Made by a program: the position numbers and the translations under genes
Part shown: positions 43,001 to 58,000 of the stretch, piece by piece
Position numbering within the stretch: position 1 is the stretch's first letter
Layout of the letters: each line of letters starts with the position of its first letter
The notes under the pieces: model-generated
Told to the model about the DNA's origin: nothing
What the model saw: only the letters and a program-made list of their open reading frames with translations
Databases searched by the model: none
Source of the DNA: Candidatus Latescibacterota bacterium
GTDB taxonomy: Bacteria; Latescibacterota; UBA2968; GCA-2709665
DNA length: 64,000 bases
Reading direction: 5' to 3'
Assembly (NCBI GenBank): GCA_965116875.1
Contig: OZ220733.1
Location: 2,304,001 to 2,368,000, forward strand

Positions 43001-46000
43001 GGTCACGGTGTCGGCGAGCCTGGGCGGGAGCACGGTCGGTTCGCAGAAGACGGTGACGATCACCGACGACGACGGGCGGGGGGTGACCATCAGCAAGGCG
43101 ACGCTGGCGGTGCCGGAGGGCGGCACCAACACCTACACGGTGGTGCTGGACTCCGAGCCGACGGAGGAAGTGACGGTGACGGTGGGCGGGGCTTCCGGGG
43201 ACGTGAGCGTGGACGTGGATACGGAAGGCGACCAGACGGCGCTGACGTTCACCGCCGACGACTGGGACGACGCGCAGACGGTGACGGTGAGCGCGGCCGA
43301 GGACGCCGACGCGCTGGCCGATGAGGTGACGCTGACGCATACGGTCAGCAGCAGCGGGGACTACAGCGGCGAGACCGCCTCGTCCGTGGCGGTGACGGTC
43401 ACCGAGAATGACAAGCCGGCGCTGTCGATTGCCGACAGCAGCGCGGCCGAGGGCGACGGCGCCCTGGTGTTCCGGGTGAGTATGAACGTGGCCAGCAGCC
43501 AGACGGTGACGGTGAGCTACTCGACCGCCAACGGCACGGCCGCGGCGGGATCGGACTACACCACGGTCTCGAACGGGACGCTCACCTTCAGCCCCGGCGG
43601 GTCCCTGAGCCAGACGGTGAGCGTGAGCGTGACCGACGACGCCGTCGTCGAAGGGAACGAGACGTTCACGGTGACGCTGAAGAATCCGCAGAACGCGACC
43701 CTGGCCGATGCGACGGCCACCGGCACGATCGAGGACGACGACGAACCGTCGTTCTCGCTGTCGGTGAGTTCGTCGGCGGTGGCCGAGGACGGGGGGACCT
43801 CGACGGTGACGGTGTCCACGGGCGGGGTGAGCTTCACCGCGGACACCACCTTTACGCTGACGCTGGGCGGCACGGCCACCAAGGGCACGGACTACACGGT
43901 GGGTTCCGAGAGCCTGGAGCTGACGGCCGGCCAGACCTCGGTGACGACGACGGTCACGGCGACCGACGACGACGTGGATGAGGCCGACGAGACGGTCACG
44001 GTGTCGGCGAGCCTGGGCGGAAGCACGGTCGGTTCGCAGAAGACGGTGACGATCACCGACGACGACGGGCGGGGGGTGACCGTCAGCAAGGCGACGCTTG
44101 CGGTGCCGGAGGGAGGCAGCAGCACGTACACGGTGGTGCTGGACTCCGAGCCGACGGGGGACGTGACGGTGACGGTGGGCGGGACGTCGGGGGACGTGAG
44201 CGTGGACACGGATACGAAGACGACCGGCATACAGACCGCCGTGACGTTCACGTCGTCGAACTGGAGCACGGCGCAGACGGTGACGGTGAGCGCCGCCGAG
44301 GACGACGACGCGGTGGCCGACGAGGTGACGCTGACGCACGCTGTGAGCAGCACCGGCGACTACGGCTCGGTGACGGCGGACAATGTAGCGGTAACCGTCA
44401 CCGAGAACGACAAGCCCGCGCTGTCGATAGCGGACACGAGCGCCGCCGAGGGCGACGGCAGCCTGGCGTTCCGGGTGAGCATGAACGTGGCCAGCAGCCA
44501 GACGGTGACGGTGAAATACTCGACCGCCAACGGCACGGCGAACGCCGGGCAGGACTACACGGCGGTCTCGAATAAGACGCTCACGTTCAGCCCCGGCGGG
44601 TCCCTGAGCCAGACGGTGAGCGTGAGTCTGACCGACGACGATCTCGACGAAGCCAACGAGACGCTCACGATGACGCTGAACAGTCCCGAGAACGCGACGA
44701 CCGCCGACGCGACGGCCACCGGCACGATCGAGGACGACGACGAACCGTCGTTCTCGCTGTCGGTGAGTTCGTCGGCGGTGGCCGAGGACGGGGGGACCTC
44801 GACGGTGACGGTGTCCACGGGTGGGGTGAGTTTTCTGGCGGACACCACCTTTACGCTGACGCTGGGCGGCACGGCCACCAAGGGCACGGACTACACGGTG
44901 GGTTCCGAGAGCCTGGAGCTGACGGCCGGCCAGACCTCGGTGACGACGACGGTCACGGCGACCGACGACGACGTAGATGAGGCCGACGAGACGGTCACGG
45001 TGTCGGCGAGCCTGGGCGGGAGCACGGTCGGTTCGCAGAAGACGGTGACGATCACCGACGACGACGGGCGGGGGGTGACCATCAGCAAGGCGACGCTGGC
45101 GGTGCCGGAGGGCGGCACCAACACCTACACGGTGGTGCTGGAGTCGGAGCCGACGGCCGACGTGACGGTGACGGTGGGCGGGGCTTCTGGGGACGTGAGC
45201 GTGGACGTGGATACGGAAGGCGACCAGACGGCGCTGACGTTCACGGCGAGCGACTGGGAGACGGCGCAGACGGTGACGGTGAGCGCGGCCGAGGACGCCG
45301 ACGCGCTGGCCGATGAGGTGACGCTGACGCATACGGTCAGCAGCAGCGGGGACTACAGCGGCGAGACCGCCTCGTCCGTGGCGGTGACGGTCACCGAGAA
45401 TGACAAGCCGGCGCTGTCGATTGCCGACAGCAGCGCGGCCGAGGGCGACGGCGCCCTGGTGTTCCGGGTGAGTATGAACGTGGCCAGCAGCCAGACGGTG
45501 ACGGTGAGCTACTCGACCGCCAACGGCACGGCCGCGGCGGGATCGGACTACACCACGGTCTCGAACGGGACGCTCACCTTCAGCTCCGGCGGGTCCCTGA
45601 GCCAGACGGTGAGCGTGAGCGTGACCGACGACGCCGTCGTCGAAGGGAACGAGACGTTCACGGTGACGCTGAACAATCCGCAGAACGCGACGATCGCCGA
45701 TGCGACGGCGACCGGCACGATCGAGGATGACGACGAACCGTCGTTCTCGCTGTCGGTGAGTTCGTCGGCGGTGGCCGAGGACGGGGGGACCTCGACGGTG
45801 ACGGTGTCCACCGGTGGGGTGAGTTTTCTGGCGGACACCACCTTTACGCTGACGCTGGGCGGCACGGCCACCAAGGGCACGGACTACACGGTGGGTTCCG
45901 AGAGCCTGGAGCTGACGGCCGGCCAGACCTCGGTGACGACGACGGTCACGGCGACCGACGACGACGTGGATGAGGCCGACGAGACGTTCACGATCTCGGC

Positions 46001-49000
46001 GAGCCTGGGCGGAAGCACGGTCGGTTCGCAGAAGACGGTGACGATCACCGACGACGACGGGCGGGGGGTGACCGTCAGCAAGGCGACGCTTGCGGTGCCG
46101 GAGGGGGGCAGCAGCACGTACACGGTGGTGCTGGACTCCGAGCCGACGGGGGACGTGACGGTGACGGTGGGCGGGACGTCGGGGGACGTGAGCGTGGACA
46201 CGGATACGACGACCGGCATACAGACCGCCGTGACGTTCACGTCGTCGAACTGGAGCACGGCGCAGACGGTGACGGTGAGCGCCGCCGAGGACGACGACGC
46301 GGTGGCCGACGAGGTGACGCTGACGCACGCTGTGAGCAGCACCGGCGACTACGGCTCGGTGACGGCGGACAATGTAGCGGTAACCGTCACCGAGAACGAC
46401 AAGCCCGCGCTGTCGATAGCGGACACGAGCGCCGCCGAGGGCGACGGCAGCCTGGCGTTCCGGGTGAGCATGAACGTGGCCAGCAGCCAGACGGTGACGG
46501 TGAAATACTCGACCGCCAACGGCACGGCGAACGCCGGGCAGGACTACACGGCGGTCTCGAATAAGACGCTCACGTTCAGCCCCGGCGGGTCCCTGAGCCA
46601 GACGGTGAGCGTGAGTCTGACCGACGACGATCTCGACGAAGCCAACGAGACGCTCACGATGACGCTGAACAGTCCCGAGAACGCGACGACCGCCGACGCG
46701 ACGGCGACCGGCACGATCACCGACGACGACGGGCGGGGGGTGACCATCAGCAAGGAGTCGCTGACGGTGACCGAGGGGGGCAGCAACACCTACACGGTGG
46801 TGCTGGACTCGGAGCCGACGGCCGAGGTGACGGTGACGGTGGGCGGGATGTCCGGGGACGTGAGCGTGGACACGGATACGAAGACGACCGGCATACAGAC
46901 CGCCCTGACGTTTACGCCGTCGAACTGGAGCACTGCGCAGACGGTGACGGTGAGCGCCGCCGAGGACGAAGATGCCCTGGCCGACCCCAAGGTGACGCTG
47001 ACCCATACGGTGGCGGGCGCGGACTATGGCGACAACTCGGTGACCGCGGACGACGTGGCGGTGACGATAGCGGAGAACGAGACCCCCACCCTGGCGATTG
47101 CGGACAGCAGCGCGACGGAGGACGCGGGCAGCCTGGTCTTCCGGGTGACCTTGAGCCAGGCCACCAGCCAGACGGTGACGGTGCGCTATTCGACGTCGAA
47201 CGCCACGGCGACGGCCGGATCGGACTACACGGCCGTCTCGAACGGGACGCTCACGTTTAGCCCCAATTCACTAAAGCAGACCGTGACGGTGAGTGTGGCC
47301 GATGACGATCTCGACGAAGCCAACGAGACGTTCACCGTCACGCTGAAGAGTCCGAAGAACGCGACGCTGTCCGACGCGACGGCCACGGGCACGATCGAGG
47401 ATGACGACGAGCGCGGGGTCACCGTCAGTCCGACAGCCTTGACGGTGACCGAGGGGAGCAGCAAGACCTACGAGGTGGTGCTGACCTCGAAGCCGACGGA
47501 TGACGTGACGGTGACGGTGGGCGGGGCCTCCGGGGACGTGACGGCCGACGTGGATACGGGGACTTCCGGCGACCAGGCGGCGCTGACGTTCACGCCGTCG
47601 AACTGGAGCGCCGCACAGACGGTGACGGTGAGCGCGGCCGAGGACGACGACGCCCTGGCCGACGCCACGGTGACGCTGACGCATACGGTGGCCGGCGCGG
47701 ACTATGGGACCAACTCGGTGACCGCGGATGACGTGGTTGTAACGATTGCCGAGAACGACACGCCGACCCTGGCCATCGCCGACACGAGCGCCGCCGAGGG
47801 CGACGGCAGCCTGGCGTTCCGGGTGACCTTGAGTCAGGCCAGCAGCGAACAGGTGACGGTCACCTACTCGACCGCCAACGGCACGGCGACCGCCGGGCAG
47901 GACTACACCGCGGTCTCGAATAAGACGCTCACGTTCAGCCCCGGCGGGTCCCTGAGCCGGACGGCGAGCGTGAGTGTGGCAGACGACGACGTCGACGAAG
48001 GGGACGAGACGTTCACCGTCACGCTGAACAGTCCCGAGAACGCGACGACCGCCGACGCGACGGCCACCGGCACGATCACCGACGACGACGAGCGGGGCGT
48101 CACGGTCAGCAAGGAGGCGCTGACGGTGACCGAAGGGAGCAGCGGCACGTACACGGTGGTGCTGACCTCGAAGCCGACGGGAGACGTGACGGTGACGGTG
48201 AGCGGGATGACGGGGGACGTGTCGGTGAACAAGACCGCCCTGACGTTCACGGCCAGCACCTGGGACGATGCGCAGACGGTGACGGTGAGCGCGGCCGAGG
48301 ACGACGACGCCCTGGCCGATGCCCAGGTGACGCTGACCCATACGGTGGCCGGCGCGGACTATGGCGACAACTCGGTGACGGCGGGCAACGTGGCGGTGAC
48401 GGTTGCCGAGAACGACGCGCCGACGCTGGCCATCTCGGACACCACTGCGGCGGAGGACGCGGGCCATCTGGTATTCAGGGTGACGTTGAGTCAGGCCACC
48501 AGCCAGACGGTGACGGTGGGCTATGCCACCTTGAATGGCACGGCCACCGCTGGCGAGGACTACACGGCGGTTTCGAATGGGACGCTCACGTTCAGCCCCG
48601 AAGCGCTGAGCCGGACGGTGAGCGTGAGCCTGACCGACGACGACGTGGACGAAGCCGACGAGACGTTCGCTGTCAAGCTGAAGAGTCCGCAGCACGCGAC
48701 GCTGGCCGACGCGGCGGCCATCGGCGCCATCCTCGATGACGACGAGCGGGGGGTGACCGTCAGCAGGGCGACGCTGACGGTGACCGAGGGGAGCAGCGGC
48801 GCCTACACGGTGGTGCTGGACTCGAAGCCGACGGATGACGTGACGGTGACGGTGGGTGGGGCGTCCGGGGACGTGACGGTGAACCAGACCGCCCTGACGT
48901 TCACGGCCAGCAACTGGAACAGCGCGCAGACGGTGACGGTGAGCGCCGCCGAGGACGACGACGCCCTGGCCGACGCCACGGTGACGCTGACCCATGCCGT

Positions 49001-52000
49001 GGCCGGCGCGGACTATGGCGCCAACTCGGTGACGGCGGGCCACGTGGTGGTGGCGATTGCCGAGAATGAGACCCCCACCCTGGCCATCTCGGACACCACG
49101 GCGGTCGAGGACGACGGGAGCATGGTGTTCCGGGTGAGCCTGAGCACGGCCACCAGCGAACAGGTGACGGTGCGCTATTCGACCTCGAACGGCACGGCCA
49201 CCGCCGGCGAGGACTACACCGCGGTCCCGGATGGTACGGTCACGTTCAGCCCCAACACACTGGCGCAGACGGTGACGGTGAGTATCGACGACGACGACGT
49301 GAAGGAAGCCAACGAGACGTTTACCGTGACGCTGAACAGTCCCCAGAACGCAACGCTGGCCACGGCGACGGCCACCGGCACAATTGTCGACGACGAGCCA
49401 CGGCGGCTGGTGAATCCGGCGAAGAAGCCGCCGCCGGGCAACCTCATCGACCCCGAAGGCGTGCTGACGGTGACGCTCGTGCTCACGCCGGCGGAGATTC
49501 AAGAGAACGGCGGAACGACGACGGTGACGGCACTATTGAACCGGGAATCGACCGAAGCGACGACGGTCACGGTGACGGCGGAGCCGGAATCGCCGGCGAG
49601 CAGCAGCGACTACACGCAGAGTGGCAATGCGCTGACGGTCACGGCGGGAGAGCAGACGAGCACGGGCACGGTAGAGATCACGGCGGTGGACAACGCCCTG
49701 GACGGACCGAGCAAGCAGGTGAAGGTGTTGGGGACGGCCAGCAACAGCGAAGAATTGACTAGCCTGGCCAGACAAACGTTGACGATCACCGACGACGACG
49801 AGCGGGGGGTGACCCTCAGCAAGGAGGCGCTGACGGTGACCGAAGGGAGCAGCGGCACGTACACGGTGGTGCTGACCTCGAAGCCGACGGATGACGTGAC
49901 GGTGACGGTGGGCGGGGCGTCCGGGGACGTGACCGTGGGCACGGATACGAACGATGACGGCGACCAGGATGAGCTGACGTTCACGCCGACGGACTGGAGC
50001 AGCGCGCAGACGGTGACGGTGAGCGCGGCCGAGGACGACGACGCCCTGACCGACGCCACGGTGACCTTGACCCATGCGGTGGCCGGCGCGGACTATGGGT
50101 CCAACTCGGTGACCGCGGACGACGTCGTGGTGACGGTTGCCGAGAACGACACGCCGACGTTGGCCATCGCGGATACGAGCGCGTCGGAGGACGCGGGCAA
50201 CCTGGTGTTCCGGGTGAGCCTGAGCCAGGCCACCAGCCAGACGGTGACGGTGCGCTATTCGACGTCGAACGCCACGGCCACGGCGGGGTCGGACTACACG
50301 GCGGTGACCAATAAGACGCTCACGTTCAGCCCGGGCGGATCGCTGAGCCGGACGGTGAGCGTGAGTCTGACCGACGACGACCTCGATGAAGCCGACGAGA
50401 CCTTCACGGTGACGCTGAAGAGTCCGCAGAACGCGACGCTGGCCGATGCGACGGCCACCGGCACGATCGAGGACGACGACGAGCGGGGGGTGACCGTCAG
50501 CAAGGAGGCGCTGACGGTCACGGAGGGAAGCAGCGGCACGTACACGGTGGTGCTGACCTCGAAGCCGACGGGAGACGTGACGGTGACGGTGGGCGGGGCG
50601 TCCGGGGACGTGACGGTGGACACGGATACGGACAATACCGGCAATCAGACCGCCCTGACGTTCACGGCCAGCACCTGGGACGACGCGCAGACGGTGACGG
50701 TCAGCGCGGCGGAGGACGACGACGCTCTGGCCGACGCCAAGGTGACGCTGACCCATACGGTGGCCGGGGCGGACTATGGGTCCAACTCGGTGACGGCGGA
50801 CGACGTCGTGGTGACGATTGCCGAGAACGACACGCCGACGTTGGCGATTGCGGACAGCAGCGCGTCGGAGGACGCGGGCAACCTGGTGTTCCGGGTGAGC
50901 CTGAGCCAAGCCACCAGCCAGACGGTGACGGTGCGGTATTCGACGTCGAACGGCACGGCCACCGCCGGGTCGGACTACACGGCGGTGAACAATAAGACGA
51001 TCACGTTCAGCCCCGGAGGCGGGTTGACCCAGGCCGTGACGGTGAGTGTGGCAGACGACGACGTCGACGAAGCCGACGAGACGTTCACCGTCACCCTGAA
51101 CAGTCCGCAGCATGCGACGACCGCCGACGCGACGGCCACGGGCACGATCGAGGACGACGACGAGCGGGGCGTCACGGTCAGCGAGGCGACGCTGGCGGTG
51201 CCGGAGGGGGGCAGCAATACCTACACGGTGGTGCTGGACTCGGAGCCGACGGCCAACGTGACGGTGACGGTGGGCGGGGCGTCCGGGGACGTGACCGTGG
51301 ACACGGATACGGACAATACCGGCAATCAGACCGCCCTGACGTTCACGGCCAGCACCTGGGACGCCGCGCAGACGGTGACGGTCAGCGCCGCCGAGGACGA
51401 CGACGCACTGACCGACGCCACGGTGACCCTGACGCATACGGTGGCCGGGGCGGACTATGGGTCCAACTCGGTGACGGCGGACGACGTCGTGGTGACGATT
51501 GCCGAGAACGACACGCCGACGTTGGCGATTGCGGACAGCAGCGCGTCGGAGGACGCGGGCAACCTGGTGTTCCGGGTGAGCCTGAGCCAGGCCACCAGCC
51601 AGACGGTGACGGTGCGGTATTCGACGTCGAACGGCACGGCCACCGCCGGGTCGGACTACACGGCGGTGACCAATAAGACGCTCACGTTCAGCCCCGGCGG
51701 GTCGCTGAGCCGGACCGTGAGCGTGAGTCTGACCGACGACGACCTCGATGAAGCCGACGAGACGTTCACCGTCACGCTGAACAGTCCGCAGAACGCGACG
51801 CTGGCCGATGCGACGGCCACCGGCACGATCGAGGACGACGACGAGCGCGGGGTGACGGTCAGCAAGGAGGCGCTGACGGTCACGGAGGGAAGCAGCGGCA
51901 CGTACACGGTGGTGCTGACCTCGAAGCCGACGGGAGACGTGACGGTGACGGTGGGCGGGGCGTCCGGGGACGTGACCGTGGACACGGATACGGACAATAC

Positions 52001-55000
52001 CGGCAATCAGACCGCCCTGACGTTCACGGCCAGCACCTGGGACGCCGCGCAGACGGTGACGGTCAGCGCCGCCGAGGACGACGACGCACTGACCGACGCC
52101 ACGGTGACCCTGACGCATACGGTGGCCGGGGCGGACTATGGCGACAACTCGGTGACGGCATCGAACGTGGCGGTGACGGTTGCCGAGAACGACACGCCGA
52201 CGTTGGCGATTGCGGACAGCAGCGCGTCGGAGGACGCGGGCAGCCTGGTCTTCCGGGTGAGCCTGAGCCAGGCCACCAGCCAGACGGTGACGGTGCGGTA
52301 TTCGACGTCGAACGGCACGGCCACCGCCGGGTCGGACTACACGGCGGTGAACAATAAGACGATCACGTTCAGCCCCGGAGGCGGGTTGACCCAGGCCGTG
52401 ACGGTGAGTGTGGCAGACGACGACGTCGACGAAGCCGACGAGACGTTCACCGTCACCCTGAACAGTCCGCAGCACGCGACGACCGCCGACGCGACGGCCA
52501 CGGGCACGATCGAGGACGACGACGAGCGGGGGGTGACGATCAGCAGGGAGACGCTGACCGTGACCGAGGGGAGCAGCGGCACGTACACGGTGGTGCTGGA
52601 CACGGAGCCGACGGGGAACGTGACGGTGACGGTGGACGGCGCGTCCGGGGACGTGTCGGTGAACAAGAACACCTTGACCTTCACGGCCGGCGACTGGGAG
52701 ACGGCGCAGACGGTGACGGTGAGCGCCGCCGAAGACGCGGACGCGGTGGTGGACAGGGCGACGCTGACGCATTCGGTGAGCAGCACCGGCGACTACAGCG
52801 GCGAGACCGCCTCCAACGTGGCGGTAACCGTCACCGAGAACGACACGCCGACGCTGGCCATCGCGGATACGAGCGCCGCCGAGGGCGACGGCAGCCTGGT
52901 CTTCCGGGTGACTCTCAACGTGGCCAGCAGCAAGACCGTGACGGTGGGCTACTCGACGTCGAACGGCACGGCGACGGCCGGATCGGACTACACGGCGGCG
53001 TCGAATCAGACGCTCACCTTCAGCCCGGGCGGGTCGTTGAGCCAGACGGTGAGCGTGAGCGTGAGCGACGACGCCGTCGTGGAAGGGGACGAGACGTTCA
53101 CGGTGACGTTGAAGAGTCCGCAGAACGCGACGATCTCCGATGCGGCGGCGACCGGCACGATCACCGACGACGACGAGGCGTCGTTCTCGCTGTCGGCGAA
53201 CCCGTCGGCGGTGGCCGAGGACGGGGGGACTTCGACGGTGACGGTGTCCACCGGCGGGGTGAGCTTTCCCGCGGACACCACCTTCGCGCTGACGCTGGGG
53301 GGCACGGCCACGCAGGACACGGACTACACGGTGGGGTCGGAGAGCCTGACGCTGACCGCGGGGCAGACCTCGGTGACAACGACGGTCACGGCGACCGACG
53401 ACGACGTGGACGAGGCCAACGAGACGGTCACGGTGTCGGCGACCCTGAACGGGAGCGCCGTCGGTTCCTCGCAGACGGTGACGATCAACGACGACGACGA
53501 CCGGGGCGTGACGGTCAGCAGGGAGGCGCTGACCGTCACCGAGGGGAGCACCGGCGCCTACACGGTGGTGCTGGACTCGGAGCCGACGGCCGACGTGACG
53601 GTGACGGTGAACGGCGCGTCCGGGGACGTGTCGGTGAACAAGACCACCCTGACCTTCACGGCCGGCGACTGGGAGACGGCGCAGACGGTGACGGTGAGCG
53701 CCGCCGAGGACCACGATGCCCTGGCCGACGACAAAGTGACCTTAAACCATTCCGTTGCCGGCGCGGACTATGGCGCCAACTCCGTGACGGCGTCATCCGT
53801 GGTGGTCACCATTGCCGAGAACGACACACCGACGCTGGCCATTGCGGACACGAGCGCCGCCGAGAGCGACGGCGGCATGGTGTTCCGGGTGACGTTGAGT
53901 ACGGCCAGCAGTCAGATGGTGACGGTGAGCTATTTCACCTCCGACGGCGAGGCCACGGCCGGGTCGGACTACACCGCGGTGACCAATGGGTCGATCACGT
54001 TCGGTCAGGGCGGCGCGCTGAGCCGGACGGTGAGCGTGAGCGTGACCGACGACGCCGTCGTGGAAGGTGACGAGACGTTTACGGTGACATTGAACAGTGC
54101 GCAGAACGCGCAGATTGTCACGTCCGAGGCCACCGGCAGGATCACCGACGACGACGAGGCGTCGTTCTCGCTGTCGGTGAACCCGTCGGCGGTGGCCGAG
54201 GACGGGGGGACTTCGACGGTGACGGTGTCCACCGGCGGGGTGAGCTTTCCCGCGGACACCACCTTCGCGCTGACGCTGGGGGGCACGGCCACGCAGGACA
54301 CGGACTACACGGTGGGGTCGGAGAGCCTGACGCTGACCGCGGGCCAGACCTCGGTGACGACGGCGGTCACGGCGACCGACGACGACGTGGATGAGGCCGA
54401 CGAGACGGTCACGGTGTCTGCGACCCTGGACGGGATCGGAGTCGGTTCCTCGCAGACGGTGACGATCAACGACGACGACGACCGGGGCGTGACGATCAGC
54501 AGGGAGACGCTGACGGTAACCGAGGGGAGCAGCGGCACGTACACGGTGGTGCTGGACTCGGAGCCGACGGAGGACGTGACGGTGACGGTGGGCGGCGCGT
54601 CCGGGGACGTGTCGGTGAACAAGACCACCCTGACCTTCACGGCCGGCGACTGGGAGACGGCGCAGACGGTGACGGTGAGCGCCGCCGAGGACGACGATGC
54701 CCTGGCCGACGACAAGGTGACCTTAAACCATACCGTTGCCGGCGCGGACTATGGCGCCAACTCGGTGACCGCGGATGACGTGGTTGTAACGATTGCCGAG
54801 AACGACACGCCGACGTTGAGCATCGGCAATGAAAGCGCCGCCGAAGGCGCCGGCACCATCGCGTTCACCGTAACGTTGAGCACGGCCGGCAGCCAGGCCG
54901 TGACGGTGGCGTACGAGACGTCGAACGGAACGGCGACCGCCGGGGAAGACTACACGGCCGCCAACGGCACGTTGACGTTCCCGGCCGGAAACACAGCCGC

Positions 55001-58000
55001 TCAGACGATCACCGTGCCGATAACCGATGACGCGCTGGACGAACCGGACGAGACGTTCACCGTAACGTTGAGTAACGCGCAGAATGCGGCGCTGTCCGGC
55101 GGTCAGAATACGCTTTCGGCCACCGGCACGATCAAAGACGATGACGGCCGGCCGGTTTCGCGGGGCGAAGACGAATCGCCGGCGTCGGACGAGGACGAAG
55201 AGCCGGCATTGACCCTATCGCCGCTGCGGTTGCCCGTGCCTGAGGGTGGGCGGGCGATATACACGGTCGTTCTCGCCGCCCGGCCTACGTCGAGCGTTAC
55301 GGTCTCGATGACGACCGATCTCGCAGGTACGGATCTTTTGATCGACAGGGCGACGCTGACGTTTACGAGTCAGAACTGGAACACGGCGCAAACGGTTACG
55401 GTCAGCGCCGCGGAAGACGACGATCTGTTGGTCGACCCGGTGGTGAGACTGACGCATACGGCCAGCGGCGGGAATTACAACGGCATTTCGGGCGTGGTCG
55501 CGGCTGCAATCGTGGAGAACGACCTGCCGGCGCTCTTTGTCGATGACGCCCGCGCCGGCGAAAGCGACAACGTGATGGTGTTCGCCGTGCGGCTGAACGC
55601 GCCAGCCGGCAAGGTGGTGTCCGCAAGTTGCAGGACGGCCGACGGCACGGCGAAGAACGGCGAGGATTTCGAGGAACCGGTCGGCAGGGTGGTCATTGAG
55701 CCCGGAGCGGTGGAGGGGACGATCCGGGTGTCGATTATGGATGACGAACGTGACGAGGCGGACGAATCGTTCACCTTGTTGCTTGAAGACGTGCGGAATG
55801 CAACGATCGGACGCGGCGCCGGGAAGGGGACCATCCTCGATGACGACCTGCCCAGGGTGCGCATTGCAGCCGTCATGACCGAGGTATCGGAAGGCCGGGC
55901 CATCGCCTTCAGCCTGACGCGCGAGGGGGATCTGACGGTCTCTCTGGAGGTGCCGGTGCGGATCGAGACCGAAGGCGCGTTTTTCTCGATGCCGCCCCCG
56001 CGCGCCGTGACATTCGAGAAGGGCGCGGCGGTGTCCATGCTGTCCGTGCGAACTCACGATGACGAACTGGATGAACCCGACGGCTCGATAACGGTGACGA
56101 TCGGGGACGGCGACGCCTTTCTGGCGGACCGGGATAGAAGCGCGATCGTACGGGTGACGGACGACGACGACCCGCCTGAGATATCGATCGCCGACGCCAG
56201 CGCTTACGAGGGCGGCGGGCGAATGACGTTCACGGCAACGCTGGCGGCGGCCAGCGCCCGCGAGGTCTGGGTGAGGTGGTCGACGAGCGACGGAACCGCC
56301 CGCGCCGGAGAGGACTACGAGAAATCGGAAGGGACCCTGCGCTTCCAGCCGTTGGAGATCGAAAAGTCGTTCTCGGTGCCGGTACTTGACGACGGGCTGG
56401 ATGAGGCGAACGAAACCTTTGCGGTTGCTTTGCGAGACGCGGTTAACGCGACCGTGAGCGGCGCCGCGAAGGGGACGATCATGGACGACGACCTGCCGAA
56501 TGTGGTCGTCAGGTCCGACACCGCTTCCGTGACCGAGGGCGCCGTCGCCGCGTTTACGTTGTTCAGGACCGGAGACTTGACGGTTTCGCTGGACGTTTCC
56601 GTGCAGGTATCGACGGAGGGGGATTTCATTTCGAGTCCGCTTCCGGAATCCGTCACCTTCGAAGAGGGGGCCGCTGAGGCCACGTTGGCCCTGCAGACCG
56701 AAAACGACGCGTTGGACGAACCCGATGGTTCGGTGACGTTAGCGATATCGGAGGACAACGCGTACGAGGCGTCCGAACCGTCCAGCGCGACCATACGGGT
56801 CACGGACAATGACGACCCGCCGAAGATAACCATTTCGGACGGTCGCGCTGGCGAGGGCGACGAACAGATGGTTTTCGCCGTGACGCTGACAACGCCCAGC
56901 GCCCGCGAGGTGAGCGTGGAATGGACGACGGAAGACGTCTCCGCGGGTGCGCCCGCAACCGCTTCGGCAACGGCCGGTGAAGATTACGGGAGCGCGAGCG
57001 GCACGCTGCGGTTCCCCCCGTTGGAAGTCAGCAAATCGATTCGGGTGGTCGTATTGGACGACGACCTGGATGAGCCCCGGGAGACGTTCACGGTGCGATT
57101 GAAGAATTCCGTAAATGCCGCCATAAACGACGGTGAAGCCATTGGAACGATCATCGACGACGATATGGCGATTTCCAGAGCCTGGCTGGCCCGGTTCGGC
57201 CGAACCGTGGCCGGACACGTTCTCGATGCGATTGACGAGCGCTTTTCCGGCCGGGACGCGCCGAACGCTCATCTCACGTTGGGAGGGCGGCGGCTGGGCG
57301 CATCGGAAACGATGCCGGCGGTTCTTGAGACCGGCCAGCGGTCTGCCGGCGGCGCGCCGGGCCTGTTCGGCTTCACTGGAGAAGGACAGGATGAGAGGGC
57401 GTTCCGGTTTTCGAACGTGGGCTTGCGCGAATTTCTGTTGAACAGCTCCTTTTCGGCATCCCCGCGAACGAGATGGACGGCATGGGGCCGCGGCGCGACG
57501 ACCCGTTTCGCCGGCAGCGAAGCGGGACTTTCGATCGATGGCGAGGTTGTAACCGGCACGTTGGGCGCGGATTACGAACGTGGACGCGTGCTCGGGGGTG
57601 TGGCGGTGGCGCACAGCGTGGCTGATGGCGAGTTTACCGTCCCGGAAACGTCCTTTCGCGCCGAACCGAAGGCCGCCTTGACCAGCGTTCACGTCTACAT
57701 GGGCGTTGACGCGAACCGGCGCGTGCCGGCGTGGGGTCTTCTGGGAATCGGACGGGGAGATATATCGCAACTCGACGGCGGCGGCGCACGCGGAATCGGT
57801 CTCAAAATGGGCGCGGCGGGCTTGCGGGGCCGTCTGTTGTCTCCGACCGGGGGAAGCGGGTTCGAACTTTCGGTGAGGTCGGACGCCTTTACGGCGTTGA
57901 TGAACGTCGACGCCGTCGACGTTCAACCTCCCGTGGAAGCGAAAGCCAGCCGGCTGCGCCTCGCGCTTGAAGCCGAACAGGTCCTTGTTTCCGCCGCCGG

